A program made the translations under genes and the position numbers. Below are positions 27,756-37,200 of a stretch of DNA of 64,000 nucleotides, piece after piece. Source of the stretch: Candidatus Omnitrophota bacterium (GTDB lineage: Bacteria > Omnitrophota > Gorgyraeia > Zapsychrales > JANLHA01); contig JAKQKX010000069.1 in assembly GCA_029560465.1 (NCBI GenBank), positions 6,447 to 70,446 of the forward strand. The letters run 5' to 3'. Below the pieces are notes generated by a model. It was not told where the DNA came from and did no database searches. It was given only the letters and a program-made list of their open reading frames with translations. Positions within the stretch are counted from its first letter, which is position 1. Each line of letters starts with the position of its first letter.

Positions 27756-29486
27756 ATGCCGGAATTAATAGGGATTGTATTAGTGATCTTGGGTGCTTTC
27801 CTTTTCAAATACAGGGACAGTGTTCAGGAGGCCATGCGCAACCCTGTTCTCGTTTTCATCTTTTTGCTCGGGGCAGGAGTTCTTATTTTTGTTATCTTTA
27901 TCTTCGGGCATTATCTTGAGAAAGTTTTCAACAGAATCAATATGTGGCGTCAGGGGATTAATGGTTCCGATAAGCATGATGTTGTTCGGTTCTCGTTTAT
28001 CAACTTTGATTTGAAAAAATTGTTGGAGAAGTTTTATCAACAGGATGTAAATAAAGAGCAGACGTTCATCGGGATGAATGCCGAGAAGTCCAATAAGGAA
28101 ATCGTGAGTATTCCCGATATCCAAAGGACTCAGCACTTGCAGGTCTTGGGCATGACCGGTACAGGAAAGACAACCGGGGTGTTTCTTCCTCTGATATATC
28201 AGGACGCCTTGAAGAACAGACCCATTATCATCATTGACGCCAAAGGCGAGATGGAGGTCATCAATCAGTTGTATTCCATCCTTGAGGCATCCGGCTGCGC
28301 CGAAAAGTTTATGCTGTTTTCCCTGACGCATAAGGATATTTCCTGTACGTATAATCCATTGTATTCGGAGGGAGTCGATCCTCAAATCGTCATCGATGCC
28401 TTTTTTAATAATTTTGAGGACGAAAATTCTTTCTTCCGGGAAATGTCCAAGGCCATTTTCACTAATACGTTTTACATCCTGCATTCTTTTGCCAAGCCGT
28501 TTACGCCGATGGATGTGTATTGCTATTTGAATAACGAGGCTTGCCGTCAGGAGATGAACAAGAAGGTTACCCGTAACAATAAGCAGGGAACGCTGTATTT
28601 GAAAATGTTCAACCAGATTATTTCTGATTTAACGGAGCAATACCGGGGCTGGAAACACGCGATCTCCGGCTTTAATAATTTTCTCTTAAGCCATGGAGAC
28701 GCGCTCCTGAATGAAGACGACAGTGATATTGTTCTCATGGAAGCGATCCTGTACCGGAAGATTGTATATTTTCAACTTCCGACCAATGCTTACCCGATTC
28801 AAGCGGTGAGCATTGCCCGTATGATTCAGGCGAATCTGCGGTATATCTCCTCACTTATCCAGACCGGCCAAATCCCCCGGGATATTTTGGTGAGCGTTAT
28901 TATCGACGAGTATGGTTCGTTCGCCGAGGAGTCTTTTGTCGAAGTTCTTAACAAGGCCCGCAGTAGCGGCATGATGGTTACTTTGGCCCATCAGAGCTTG
29001 AGCGATCTTAAGCATATTTCGGAAAGTTTTATGAAGAGGATTGACGAGAACACGTTAAATAAGATTTATTTCAAACAAACTGATCCTGAGCTTTGTGAGC
29101 TGATCGCCAAGAGTATGGGGACATATCGAAAAGAGGAAAAGACTTACCGTATGACCGGGGGGCAATACGGGAATCAGATACATGTCGGCGAGTCTTCAAA
29201 CAAGATCGTGAACGAATTCCATTTCCCGCCGGATAAAATTAAAAATCTGCACCGCTTCGGACAAGGATATTTGATAAGCCGTGCGGACAATCAGCACAGA
29301 TGTGTCAATTTTGGCCGGTTTGAAGAAAAACCTCACGCTGTCTATCAAAAGCGCGCGAAGGCGAAGAAGAAAGAGGGTTTGCGGTTGTTTGAGAAATATT
29401 ATTTGAAGCAATCGCCGATAATAGAGAAATTAGTTAAAGCAAGTCCGTCTGAGAATGAGGACTTTTTGAAGGGGATTATTGAGTAA
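27756..29486 (+). CDS. Type IV coupling protein (VirD4/TraG-like)
   Basis: Two N-terminal TM helices. Walker A VLGMTGTGKTT, Walker B VSVIIDEYGSF. 576 aa. Confidence 0.7.
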   Translation: MPELIGIVLVILGAFLFKYRDSVQEAMRNPVLVFIFLLGAGVLIFVIFIFGHYLEKVFNRINMWRQGINGSDKHDVVRFSFINFDLKKLLEKFYQQDVNKEQTFIGMNAEKSNKEIVSIPDIQRTQHLQVLGMTGTGKTTGVFLPLIYQDALKNRPIIIIDAKGEMEVINQLYSILEASGCAEKFMLFSLTHKDISCTYNPLYSEGVDPQIVIDAFFNNFEDENSFFREMSKAIFTNTFYILHSFAKPFTPMDVYCYLNNEACRQEMNKKVTRNNKQGTLYLKMFNQIISDLTEQYRGWKHAISGFNNFLLSHGDALLNEDDSDIVLMEAILYRKIVYFQLPTNAYPIQAVSIARMIQANLRYISSLIQTGQIPRDILVSVIIDEYGSFAEESFVEVLNKARSSGMMVTLAHQSLSDLKHISESFMKRIDENTLNKIYFKQTDPELCELIAKSMGTYRKEEKTYRMTGGQYGNQIHVGESSNKIVNEFHFPPDKIKNLHRFGQGYLISRADNQHRCVNFGRFEEKPHAVYQKRAKAKKKEGLRLFEKYYLKQSPIIEKLVKASPSENEDFLKGIIE

Positions 29487-29511
29487 TTGAAATTAAAGGA
29501 GGGGGCTAAGC

Positions 29512-29703
29512 ATGAAACAATTAATTACGGTTCGTGAACTGGCAGAGGTCTTGAATGTCCCTATCAGCTGGATTTATCAGAGAACGTCTATGGGGCAAAA
29601 AGGAATTCCCCACGTGAAGATGGGGAAGTATGTCCGTTTTGATGCGGACGAGGTCATGCGTTTTTTGAGGGCCAACGGGACCACAAGGGCTTTTAAAGGC
29701 TAA
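29512..29703 (+). CDS. Excisionase/AlpA-like HTH DNA-binding protein
   Basis: 63 aa. VRELAEVLNVPISWIYQ...KMGKYVRFDADEVMRFL. GGAGGGGG RBS. Confidence 0.6.
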   Translation: MKQLITVRELAEVLNVPISWIYQRTSMGQKGIPHVKMGKYVRFDADEVMRFLRANGTTRAFKG

Positions 29704-29756
29704 TACAAAATTGACTTTTGATAGGTAAAGGATACAAAAAATGTTAAAATATCTTC

Positions 29757-29963
29757 ATGTTATTAACCACGTGGGAAGCGACACAGAAGTACGATATTTC
29801 TATGAGCCATTTGCGATTATTGATGCGCACTGGCAAGGTAAAAGGGCGGGAGGCGCAGATCACTGGAACCCGAACGATATGGCTTATAGAGGAATCGTCT
29901 TTGAAGAAATATTTAAGAACGGAAAGAAAGCCAGGGCCAAAGCCCAAGAGAAGAAGTTCTTGA
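29757..29963 (+). CDS. Second excisionase-family HTH protein
   Basis: ATQKYDISMSHLRLLMRTGKVKGREAQITGTRTIWLIEESSLKKYL. I prefer it to the overlapping 29741-30019 ORF in another frame. Confidence 0.5.
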   Translation: MLLTTWEATQKYDISMSHLRLLMRTGKVKGREAQITGTRTIWLIEESSLKKYLRTERKPGPKPKRRSS

Positions 29964-30015
29964 GATGTAGTCGAAGCTCAGCTATAATACTGTTTCTAGC
30001 GAAAGGAGCAGTATT

Positions 30016-31251
30016 ATGAAGGTAACCGGAAAAATCCGTACACGTTGTGATACCTGCCGAAAGAATAACCTGAACGGTTTTGCCCCCTGCCAATGTAAGA
30101 CCAGACGCAAATATGTCGCCGAGTTTCGTATTGACGGAAAGAAATTTCGGGAAACCGTCGGATACAGCAAACGAAACGCCGAGCGCCGCCTCGCCGAAAT
30201 ATTTTCTCAGGTTCATGACGGGACATTCTTCAAGGACAAAAAGACAGAGACAGGGTTTAATGAATTCGCCGAGAAATGGCTGAATGACTACGCCAAGCCC
30301 CGCGTCAAAGAGCGCACGTATGTAACCTACCGGGGATATATCAGAAATCACCTGACCCCTTATTTTGAACAGGCCGAGATAACTTCCATAACGCAGGAAG
30401 TTATTGAAGGTTGTCTTTCAAAGCTCAATGAAAAACTTAATCCGAATACCGTTAATAAAATTCTGAAGATGCTTAAGACCATGTTTAAGTATGCCCGTCG
30501 GTGGAAGTATCGAGAAGACAACCCGGCATGGGATATTGACTGTTTTCTGGAAAAGCACCGTGAGATGGATTATTTAAACCCCGAAGAAATCCGTCTTTTG
30601 TTGGAACACAGCAGGGAGCCGGAAAGAACTATTTTTTTAACAGCTATTTTGACCGGGATGCGCAAAGGAGAAGTCTTGGCTTTACAATGGGGCGACATAG
30701 ATTGGAACAGCGATACCATTTATGTGCGAAGAAGCCTGCGCTGGAGGATTCGCAGAGATATCGGCGCTGAAGACAAGCGCTGGTGGTTTGATTCCCCCAA
30801 GACCAGAAATTCTGTGCGCGCGATTATCATGTCCCCACGGCTCAAGGAGGCGCTGGAAAAACACCGATTTATTCAGACTGTGGAGTTTGCTCAGAAAGAG
30901 AAGGGAAAGAAGCCATTCAATGCTGATGAGCTGGTATTTACCAATGGTGCCGGGGCCCCGGTTGATCCTGATAACATGATTAAACGGAGTTTCCAGCCGG
31001 CCTTGGAAGCGGCCGGACTGCGCAGGATTCGCTTTCACGACTTACGCCACACATTTGCCAGTCTGCTGATCGATCAGGGCGAAAACATCAAATTCATCCA
31101 GTCCCAGCTTGGCCATGCTTCTATTCAGACCACGATTGACCGCTACGGCCACCTCATGCCGCTTAAGAACTACATGGGCGTAGGGAAGAGGCTGGATGAA
31201 AAGATTTTTGTGGAACAAAGCCAAGAAATTCAAGAAGATAGCAAAATTTAA
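30016..31251 (+). CDS. int: Tyrosine site-specific integrase
   Basis: C-terminal catalytic motifs R...HDLRHTFASLLI...GHASIQTTIDRYGHL (R-H-R-Y). N-terminal Cys-rich region. AAAGGAG RBS. Confidence 0.9.
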   Translation: MKVTGKIRTRCDTCRKNNLNGFAPCQCKTRRKYVAEFRIDGKKFRETVGYSKRNAERRLAEIFSQVHDGTFFKDKKTETGFNEFAEKWLNDYAKPRVKERTYVTYRGYIRNHLTPYFEQAEITSITQEVIEGCLSKLNEKLNPNTVNKILKMLKTMFKYARRWKYREDNPAWDIDCFLEKHREMDYLNPEEIRLLLEHSREPERTIFLTAILTGMRKGEVLALQWGDIDWNSDTIYVRRSLRWRIRRDIGAEDKRWWFDSPKTRNSVRAIIMSPRLKEALEKHRFIQTVEFAQKEKGKKPFNADELVFTNGAGAPVDPDNMIKRSFQPALEAAGLRRIRFHDLRHTFASLLIDQGENIKFIQSQLGHASIQTTIDRYGHLMPLKNYMGVGKRLDEKIFVEQSQEIQEDSKI

Positions 31252-31327
31252 GTGTGAATATATAAGGCTATTTAGATTATTAGGTCGTTCAAAATCGAAG
31301 TCTCCCCCTTGATACGCCTGCCGGGGG

Positions 31328-31675
31328 TTGAGATATATCGGTGTGGTAAAAAATAATAAAGGTTGCGTTATCGCAACCTTTATGTATAATATAACCATGA
31401 TCAAAGTGCGCAATTTTAAAATAACGCAAGTTAGCGATGGTAAGGATAATTCGTTTGAATATCAGAAACATGTTCTTGTGCCGTTACCCAAAATTCGGGT
31501 AGAGGAAGAAGAGCGGCCGGATGAATTGTCCGTGACGGAGTTTGCAGAGCAGGCAGGGATTACGCCCCAAGGTGTCAGAAAGATGATTAGTGAGGATAGA
31601 CTCTCTGCATTAAAGCTTGGAAAACGTTATGTAATCAACAAAGAAGAGTTGGTCAGGTATTTACAAACACAGTAA
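31328..31675 (+). CDS. HTH (excisionase-family) DNA-binding protein; start uncertain
   Basis: C-terminal LSVTEFAEQAGITPQGVRKMISEDRLSALKLGKRYVINKEELVRYLQ. Preceded by a perfect hairpin AAAGGTTGCG-TTAT-CGCAACCTTT at about 31359-31382. Confidence 0.5.
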   Translation: MRYIGVVKNNKGCVIATFMYNITMIKVRNFKITQVSDGKDNSFEYQKHVLVPLPKIRVEEEERPDELSVTEFAEQAGITPQGVRKMISEDRLSALKLGKRYVINKEELVRYLQTQ

Positions 31676-31725
31676 ATTTTTTTACCCTGGGAGTTTCCAA
31701 ATCGCAACTTTTAAGGAGAAATCAA

Positions 31726-32130
31726 ATGGAAGTATCAGACTTAATTTTGGCCGATTATGCGGCCGCAAACGAGGGGGGTAAATTTACACTGGTGGGAGCC
31801 GGATTCACTAAAATCAGTACTAAAAAGATTCCTTGTGTCCATCCAATGATGTTCTTGCTTGTGCGTCTTAAAGTTACGATCGCAGACAAAGGTAAGAACA
31901 AGGTGGATATCAAGATTATTGGAAATAAAGGAACGATTTTTAGGGCGGAGTGTGATGTGGATGTTTCCGATAATCATAAGGACGAAGAACACCTGCCTCT
32001 TCCGATTCGGATCAATAATCTCAAATTCGAACATGCCGGGGATTATACAATTGATGTCATGATCAACGGCCAATCAAAGTCGAGCCAAGCACTGACAATC
32101 GTTCAAATAAATCAGCCTGTTGGTAAATAG
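31726..32130 (+). CDS. Hypothetical protein (134 aa)
   Basis: AAGGAGA RBS. No recognisable motif. Confidence 0.4.
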   Translation: MEVSDLILADYAAANEGGKFTLVGAGFTKISTKKIPCVHPMMFLLVRLKVTIADKGKNKVDIKIIGNKGTIFRAECDVDVSDNHKDEEHLPLPIRINNLKFEHAGDYTIDVMINGQSKSSQALTIVQINQPVGK

Positions 32131-32152
32131 GCTTCAGAGAGGAGATAAAGGT

Positions 32153-32857
32153 ATGGGTGCCTATAACATTTATTGTGATGAGAGTTGCCATCTTGAAAAT
32201 GACGGCAAAGACGTCATGGTTCTAGGTGCTGTTTGGTGTCCCCAGGACAGTAAGCAAACAATCTTCAAAGAAATTCGGGCAATAAAAAAGAAGCATGGCT
32301 TGGCCAAGAATTTTGAAGTGAAGTGGACTAAAGTATCTCCTGCCAAAGTCGATTTCTACAAAGATCTCGTGCGGTATTTCTTTGAAAATGATAATCTCCA
32401 TTTTCGAGCAGTTGTGGCAATCAATAGAAACAAGCTAAATCACAAGGCTTTTAATCAGGATCATGATACATGGTATTACAAGATGTTTTTCTTGATGCTT
32501 CGAGTTATCTTTGCCCCCGAGAACACCTACAGAATATTTTTGGACATAAAAGATACGTGTAGTGCTGATAAAGTAAATCAGTTACATAAGGTTTTATGTA
32601 ATGACAAGTGGGATTTTAATAGAGAAGCAATCCAGACTGTTCAGGCAATTTCTTCTCGCGAGGTTGAGTTGATACAGCTAGCGGATCTCTTGATTGGAGC
32701 ATTATCTTATACAAACAGAAATGAAAAATCAAGTCAAGGGAAGCTTCAGCTTATTGATTATATCAGAAAACTGGGGGGATGTAGTTTAACGAAAACTACT
32801 CTTGAGAAAGAAGAAAAATTTAATACCTTTGTTTGGGACCCCCAGGAGATCAATTAA
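32153..32857 (+). CDS. DUF3800 family protein
   Basis: N-terminal YNIYCDESCHLEN matches the DUF3800 hallmark (IY.DESG). GAGGAG RBS. The stop overlaps the next start (TAATG). Confidence 0.55.
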   Translation: MGAYNIYCDESCHLENDGKDVMVLGAVWCPQDSKQTIFKEIRAIKKKHGLAKNFEVKWTKVSPAKVDFYKDLVRYFFENDNLHFRAVVAINRNKLNHKAFNQDHDTWYYKMFFLMLRVIFAPENTYRIFLDIKDTCSADKVNQLHKVLCNDKWDFNREAIQTVQAISSREVELIQLADLLIGALSYTNRNEKSSQGKLQLIDYIRKLGGCSLTKTTLEKEEKFNTFVWDPQEIN

Positions 32858-33417
32858 TGTGTAAACAACTCGAATGGCTACCTAGAAAACTGGATTACAA
32901 TAATGATTTCGGCGGCAACTGGGATGAATTTATAAGCCACATATATAATTTATTTTGCAAGGATTTCCTTAAGAAGCCGTATCCTCGATTTGATAACCGA
33001 AAAGTCGAATGTGATAGGAGAATTTCAGATGGGACGAAGAAAGAGGATGGTTTTTGGCATTTAGTTGACTGCGATGAAGAAGAAGACCGTTTGCCGGATT
33101 TAAGAAGAGCTGAAAAATTGCCGTGGGCTCGAGGCATTATTGATTATGCGGATAGCCCCCCTTCTGAACTTAAAGTGTGGGGAAATAGAGAGAAGCATAA
33201 AGGGAAGAAGGTGATAATTGTTTACATGTGGCTTGAAGCATTTGATTACGTAGTTATCTTGAAGAAGCTACCGTATACATACATGTTGGTATCAGGGTAT
33301 CACATAAAATATGGACACAAAAGAAGAGAGTTAAGGAAAAAATATAAGAAACGGATACAATGGAAAAGCGCCGTTCATTCGAACGACGCTTCAACTCCTT
33401 CCACGCATGGTAGATGA
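32857..33417 (+). CDS. Hypothetical protein (186 aa), translationally coupled to the DUF3800 gene
   Basis: ATG overlaps the upstream TAA. Basic C-terminus. No known motif. Confidence 0.4.
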   Translation: MCKQLEWLPRKLDYNNDFGGNWDEFISHIYNLFCKDFLKKPYPRFDNRKVECDRRISDGTKKEDGFWHLVDCDEEEDRLPDLRRAEKLPWARGIIDYADSPPSELKVWGNREKHKGKKVIIVYMWLEAFDYVVILKKLPYTYMLVSGYHIKYGHKRRELRKKYKKRIQWKSAVHSNDASTPSTHGR

Positions 33418-33510
33418 GCTGATTAACTATAACATTTTGTTAATAATAATGCAAGATATGCTTTTGCTATATTGGGGTCAGTGTAATGACCCCCATTAAG
33501 CAAGCATTTT

Positions 33511-34293
33511 TTAAGTTAGAGCAGGCTCTTTGTTATAGATCGTTTTTTCATAAAACTGTGTCGGCGTCAGGTTGCCTAGCGATTGGTGCGGGAAGTCGGT
33601 GTTGTAATCGTGAATCCACTTAGCCAAACGGACTTCAAAGTCAAAAGGATTCTCCCAATCGTAGGGCCAGACAATGTCTTCTTTAATGGTGCGCATGACA
33701 CGTTCAGTATCTGAGTTGCCTTTGGGGTTGGACCAGGTTGTAAAAATTTGTTTGAGTCCCAGGATTGAGCAATTCATCATAAATCGTTGACTCGTTGGTT
33801 GACAGCCGTTGTCCGATATCAAGAATAATTTTTGATCTTTGAGAGTTTCGCGAATGCCGTTGGGGAATCGGTCGTTGACCGCCATTTGCAATGCGTCGAG
33901 CCAGTGATCGGTTTTGGACTGAAGGCTCAAGGAATAGCCGACGATTTCTTTGGAGTGCCAATCAAGGACGATGCAAAGATACAACCAGCCCCAGCCGTGG
34001 AGTTTTATCTTGGTCATGTCGATACCCCAGAACTGATTGGGGCGTGAAGCGATGGGCTTGGGGCGGATGGGGCCACGTTTGGCCTTAAGACGCACTTGCG
34101 GAGTCACGATCAAGTTTTGTTCTTTCATGAGACGATAAACACGTTTTTTGTTAACTGTGATGCCTTGACGATATTTGAGATAAGACCAGATTCTGCGGTA
34201 ACCCCACAAGGGATGATCGGTCTTGATTTGTTTAATTTGATCCAGCATTTCTTGATTACGACGCATCACTGATTGGGATTTTGCTCTTTTCAT
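33511..34293 (-). CDS. IS3 transposase OrfB (DDE integrase core, rve)
   Basis: WGIDMTKI...LDWHSKEIVG...SDNGCQ...ERVMRTIKEDIV. In the -1 frame relative to orfA, with an ATGA overlap. Confidence 0.8.
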   Translation of the reverse strand: MKRAKSQSVMRRNQEMLDQIKQIKTDHPLWGYRRIWSYLKYRQGITVNKKRVYRLMKEQNLIVTPQVRLKAKRGPIRPKPIASRPNQFWGIDMTKIKLHGWGWLYLCIVLDWHSKEIVGYSLSLQSKTDHWLDALQMAVNDRFPNGIRETLKDQKLFLISDNGCQPTSQRFMMNCSILGLKQIFTTWSNPKGNSDTERVMRTIKEDIVWPYDWENPFDFEVRLAKWIHDYNTDFPHQSLGNLTPTQFYEKTIYNKEPALT

Positions 34294-34565
34294 AGCTCGT
34301 ATTCGCTTTTTTTTAACTCGACAGTAAGATCGCCGATGATTTTTTTAAGTTGGACGACTTCTTGCTGGAGATGTTGTTCTTTCTTGGTGATATTCTTGGT
34401 TTCAAAGGCTTGGTGACCGAATTTCAGCAGATTATCGCGCCACTGGTAGTATTGCGTTTGAGCGATTTGATATTTGGCGCAAAGTTTGCTGATTTCAATT
34501 TGGCCGGATAAGCCTTCCAGCACGATTTGCAGTTTCTGCTGGCTTGTCCATTTACGTTTTTTCAT
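34290..34565 (-). CDS. IS3 transposase OrfA (HTH)
   Basis: 91 aa. MKKRKWTSQQKLQIVLEG...leucine-zipper-like C-terminus. On the - strand it ends ...TTAAAAAAAAGCGAATACGAGCTATGA, which contains an A-run slippery site. Confidence 0.8.
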   Translation of the reverse strand: MKKRKWTSQQKLQIVLEGLSGQIEISKLCAKYQIAQTQYYQWRDNLLKFGHQAFETKNITKKEQHLQQEVVQLKKIIGDLTVELKKSEYEL

Positions 34566-34961
34566 CGAATAAGCCTCCTTGTTTGGGAGCCTTATTCTAA
34601 CTTAAAATCCTCATTCTGTTAATGGGGAGCAGTATATCAGTATAATGAAGAGGTGGAGAAGTGGAATATTGAAAGTAAGAAGGTTATTTGATAATATTGC
34701 ACTAAAAGACTAAATTTATTAGCTATATCTCTACATATGCTCAAGTAAAGGCTTTATCGAACCATGCCATTGTGGTTCGATAAATTAAATATCCCTAACA
34801 TATTTAAATGCATAAGTCTATGTTATGTGCATGGTTCGGTAGGTCTGGCAATTTCAATATTTGAAATTGCCAGATAATAATTAAACTGCATGAATTATAA
34901 ATTAAAAACCTTGCAAAATATATAGAAATATTCTATACTTTAAGCGAGGAGATGAAAGAAA

Positions 34962-35555
34962 ATGAAAGCACTTAAAGAATTAAAAAGACATTTAAAACAG
35001 GGGCAAGTTTATCGTAGAAGTGATCTTGCCCAATGGTCCAATGCTGTAGATAGACATGTAAAACAACTTGTGGAAGAGGGAACTTTACAAAAGTTAGCTC
35101 AGGGATTGTACTATTATCCTATGAAAGCATCATTTGGTAATGTGCCTCCTGCAGATGAAAAACTTGTTGGTGCTTTTTTAAAAAGTGAAGACTTTTTATT
35201 AACCACACCTAATTTATATAATTCATTAGGAGTTGGTACGACACAATTATATAACAAGCGAGTGGTATATAATCATAAAAGGCATGGGCAATTTGTGTTA
35301 GGGGGAAAACAATTTGATTTTCGCCTTAAACATAAATTTCCCAAAAATCTTTCAGAGGAATTCTTATTAGTTGATTTGTTAAATAATTTAAATGAATTAG
35401 CAGAAGATAGAGAAGAAGTGGTGAAGAGTGTCAAAGTAAAAGTATTGGAAGAATCAGAATCACGGATGAAACGTACAGTTAATGAATATGCGGGAGAAAG
35501 AACCAAATCTTTATTTAACCAATGGCTATCAGAGGAATCTTTAGCACATGCCTGA
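34962..35555 (+). CDS. AbiEi-like antitoxin/transcriptional regulator (type IV TA)
   Basis: 197 aa. N-terminal wHTH-like GQVYRRSDLAQWSNAVDRHVKQLVEEGTLQKLAQGLYYYP. Overlaps the downstream AbiEii gene by 8 nt. Confidence 0.55.
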   Translation: MKALKELKRHLKQGQVYRRSDLAQWSNAVDRHVKQLVEEGTLQKLAQGLYYYPMKASFGNVPPADEKLVGAFLKSEDFLLTTPNLYNSLGVGTTQLYNKRVVYNHKRHGQFVLGGKQFDFRLKHKFPKNLSEEFLLVDLLNNLNELAEDREEVVKSVKVKVLEESESRMKRTVNEYAGERTKSLFNQWLSEESLAHA

Positions 35556-36495
35556 TTATCTGCATAATCATCCTGAATTCAAAGAACTTTTGCGGACCGT
35601 AGAGCATGAAAAAAGTATTGAACGTAGTCTTGTTGAAAAAGACTACTGGATCATGCATGTTTTATATGGACTACAACAGGGTGGATTTGAATTTGAGCTA
35701 AAAGGCGGCACATCACTTTCGAAAGGATACGGTATCATTCATCGTTTTTCTGAGGATATTGATATTCGTATTGAGCCTCCTGCGGATATGGATGTGAAGA
35801 CGGGCAAGAATCACATAAAGCCTGCTCATTGTGCAAGTCGTAAGAATTTCTATGATTGGCTTGCAGCAAACATTAAGATTGATGGAATAGAAAAAATAGC
35901 ACGTGATACTGCTTTTGATGACGAAATATATAGGAGTGGAGGGATTCGATTTTATTATAAGGATGCGTTGCCCCTTAAGGGCGGATTAAAAGAAGGAATT
36001 TTGCTTGAGGTAGGATTTGATAATATTACGCCTAATAGCCCTTTAACAATTAGTTCTTGGGCGCTTGATTTTGCACAGAAGAATAATATGGATGTAGTGG
36101 ATAATAAAGTTTATGATGTTAAATGCTATCATCCCGGTTATACTTTTGTCGAGAAGTTGCAAACTATTACAAGAAAATTTCGTCAATTTCAGGACACTGG
36201 GAAATTATCCCCAAATTTTATTCGACATTATTATGATGTCGCTTGTCTTTTAGATATCAAAGATGTTCAGGATTTTATAGGAACCAAAGAGTATTTAGAG
36301 CATAAAGATCGTCGATTTCGTGGAGGGGATAAAGAAATTCCTATTCAAGAACAAGAAGCTTTCTTGTTAAAAAATGCTGAAACAAGAAAACTTCTTGAAA
36401 AAGAGTATCAAAATACGTCTGCATTGTATTATCAGGGCCAAATTGCTTTGGATGATATTTTCAAGAAAATATCAGAGAATTTGAGCAATTTGTAA
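35548..36495 (+). CDS. AbiEii/AbiGii nucleotidyltransferase toxin (DUF1814)
   Basis: KGGTSLSKGYGIIHRFSEDIDIRI matches the family motif GGTAL...RFSEDIDF. Confidence 0.75.
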   Translation: MPDYLHNHPEFKELLRTVEHEKSIERSLVEKDYWIMHVLYGLQQGGFEFELKGGTSLSKGYGIIHRFSEDIDIRIEPPADMDVKTGKNHIKPAHCASRKNFYDWLAANIKIDGIEKIARDTAFDDEIYRSGGIRFYYKDALPLKGGLKEGILLEVGFDNITPNSPLTISSWALDFAQKNNMDVVDNKVYDVKCYHPGYTFVEKLQTITRKFRQFQDTGKLSPNFIRHYYDVACLLDIKDVQDFIGTKEYLEHKDRRFRGGDKEIPIQEQEAFLLKNAETRKLLEKEYQNTSALYYQGQIALDDIFKKISENLSNL

Positions 36496-36664
36496 GTCTA
36501 AAATGCTACCACTTTTGGTACCCGCTGGGTACCCAGTTTGTGCACAAAAAGGCAAAAAACGGGGAAACATGAAAGAAACGATATCTCTTATAACCGCATA
36601 CAGTGTATATGGATATAGAGAATCAGATACCATCAGAAAACACCTTGAAAAACGTCGATTCTAG

Positions 36665-36709
36665 CTCATAACCTGAAGGTCCTAGGTTCAAATCCTAGCC
36701 CCGCAACCA
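36665..36709 (+). other. att-type repeat: 3' fragment of a tRNA gene (anticodon loop to CCA), initiator-tRNA-Met-like
   Basis: CTCATAACCTGAAGGTCCTAGGTTCAAATCCTAGCCCCGCAACCA. Perfect T-arm CTAGG-TTCAAAT-CCTAG and a CAU anticodon loop. Compare E. coli tRNA-fMet ...CTCATAACCCGAAGGTCGTCGGTTCAAATCCGGCCCCCGCAACCA. No matching 5' half lies upstream. Confidence 0.6.
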
Positions 36710-37032
36710 ATATAAACCCCTGTTTCTCGTCGAGGAACGGGGGTTTTGTTTTGTCATTTTCCGGACCTTCATTCTTGATGAATTTTGACCAATTAGGCCC
36801 TATTTTGATGAAAAGTTGGCACGTATATGGCACATATTTGGCACACCAAAATCCCCCCCCAAGAGACTCCTTATCACAGTTTGAAATAAAGTGACTTGAG
36901 ATCGTTTATCAGCGCTCCACTGAGCGCATAAGAATGCGATTCGCAGGGCCCGCTGAGAAATACTTTGGTAATATAAAATGATGGTGTTACAATATGTAAC
37001 ACTTCGGAATAATCCCCCGAAAGGAAAAAATA

Positions 37033-37155
37033 TGCCCCGAAAAGAAGTTGTTACAGCAGAAGAAGTCGCTAAGTATTTAAGAATACATCCATATACAGTC
37101 AGACGATTAGCCCGGGAAGGAAAACTCCCGGGCTTTAAAGTTGGTGGGCAATAGA
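37033..37155 (+). pseudogene. Excisionase-family HTH gene remnant (frameshift plus in-frame TAG)
   Basis: From the ATG it reads MPRKEVVTAEEVAKYL and then shifts frame. The +1 frame continues RIHPYTVRRLAREGKLPGFKVGGQ-TAG-RFKKEEID. Confidence 0.5.
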
Positions 37156-37200
37156 GGTTTAAAAAAGAAGAAATCGATAACCCGAAGGACACAAAATAAT

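Larger units (their letters stand above)
19500..31330 (+). mobile_element. Integrative conjugative element: oriT-like region, relaxase-like gene, type IV secretion system, two Xis-like genes, tyrosine integrase
   Basis: Contiguous co-oriented block 19966-31251 carrying T4SS homologs and ending in an integrase. The boundaries are approximate. Confidence 0.6.
33487..34631 (-). mobile_element. IS3-family insertion sequence
   Basis: Imperfect terminal inverted repeats of about 35 bp (TGACCCCCATTAAGCAAGCATTTTTTAAGTT at the left end; the right end has reverse complement TGCTCCCCATTAACAGAATGAGGATTTTAAGTT). Contains orfA and orfB with an A-run at the programmed -1 frameshift site. Confidence 0.75.

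Noticed and set aside
27780-28484. 234-aa minus-strand ORF inside the T4CP gene
   Set aside because: Antisense to a gene with intact Walker A/B and N-terminal TM helices. No motif or RBS.
29741-30019. 92-aa + ORF overlapping the second Xis-like gene
   Set aside because: The alternative frame (29757-29963) gives a textbook excisionase-type HTH. This frame has no recognisable motif.
36500-36715. Search for an intact tRNA upstream of each CCCCGCAACCA end
   Set aside because: No TGCGGGG acceptor-stem 5' strand and no D-arm lie within 100 nt upstream of any copy. All copies are 3' fragments (att cores), so I report no tRNA gene.
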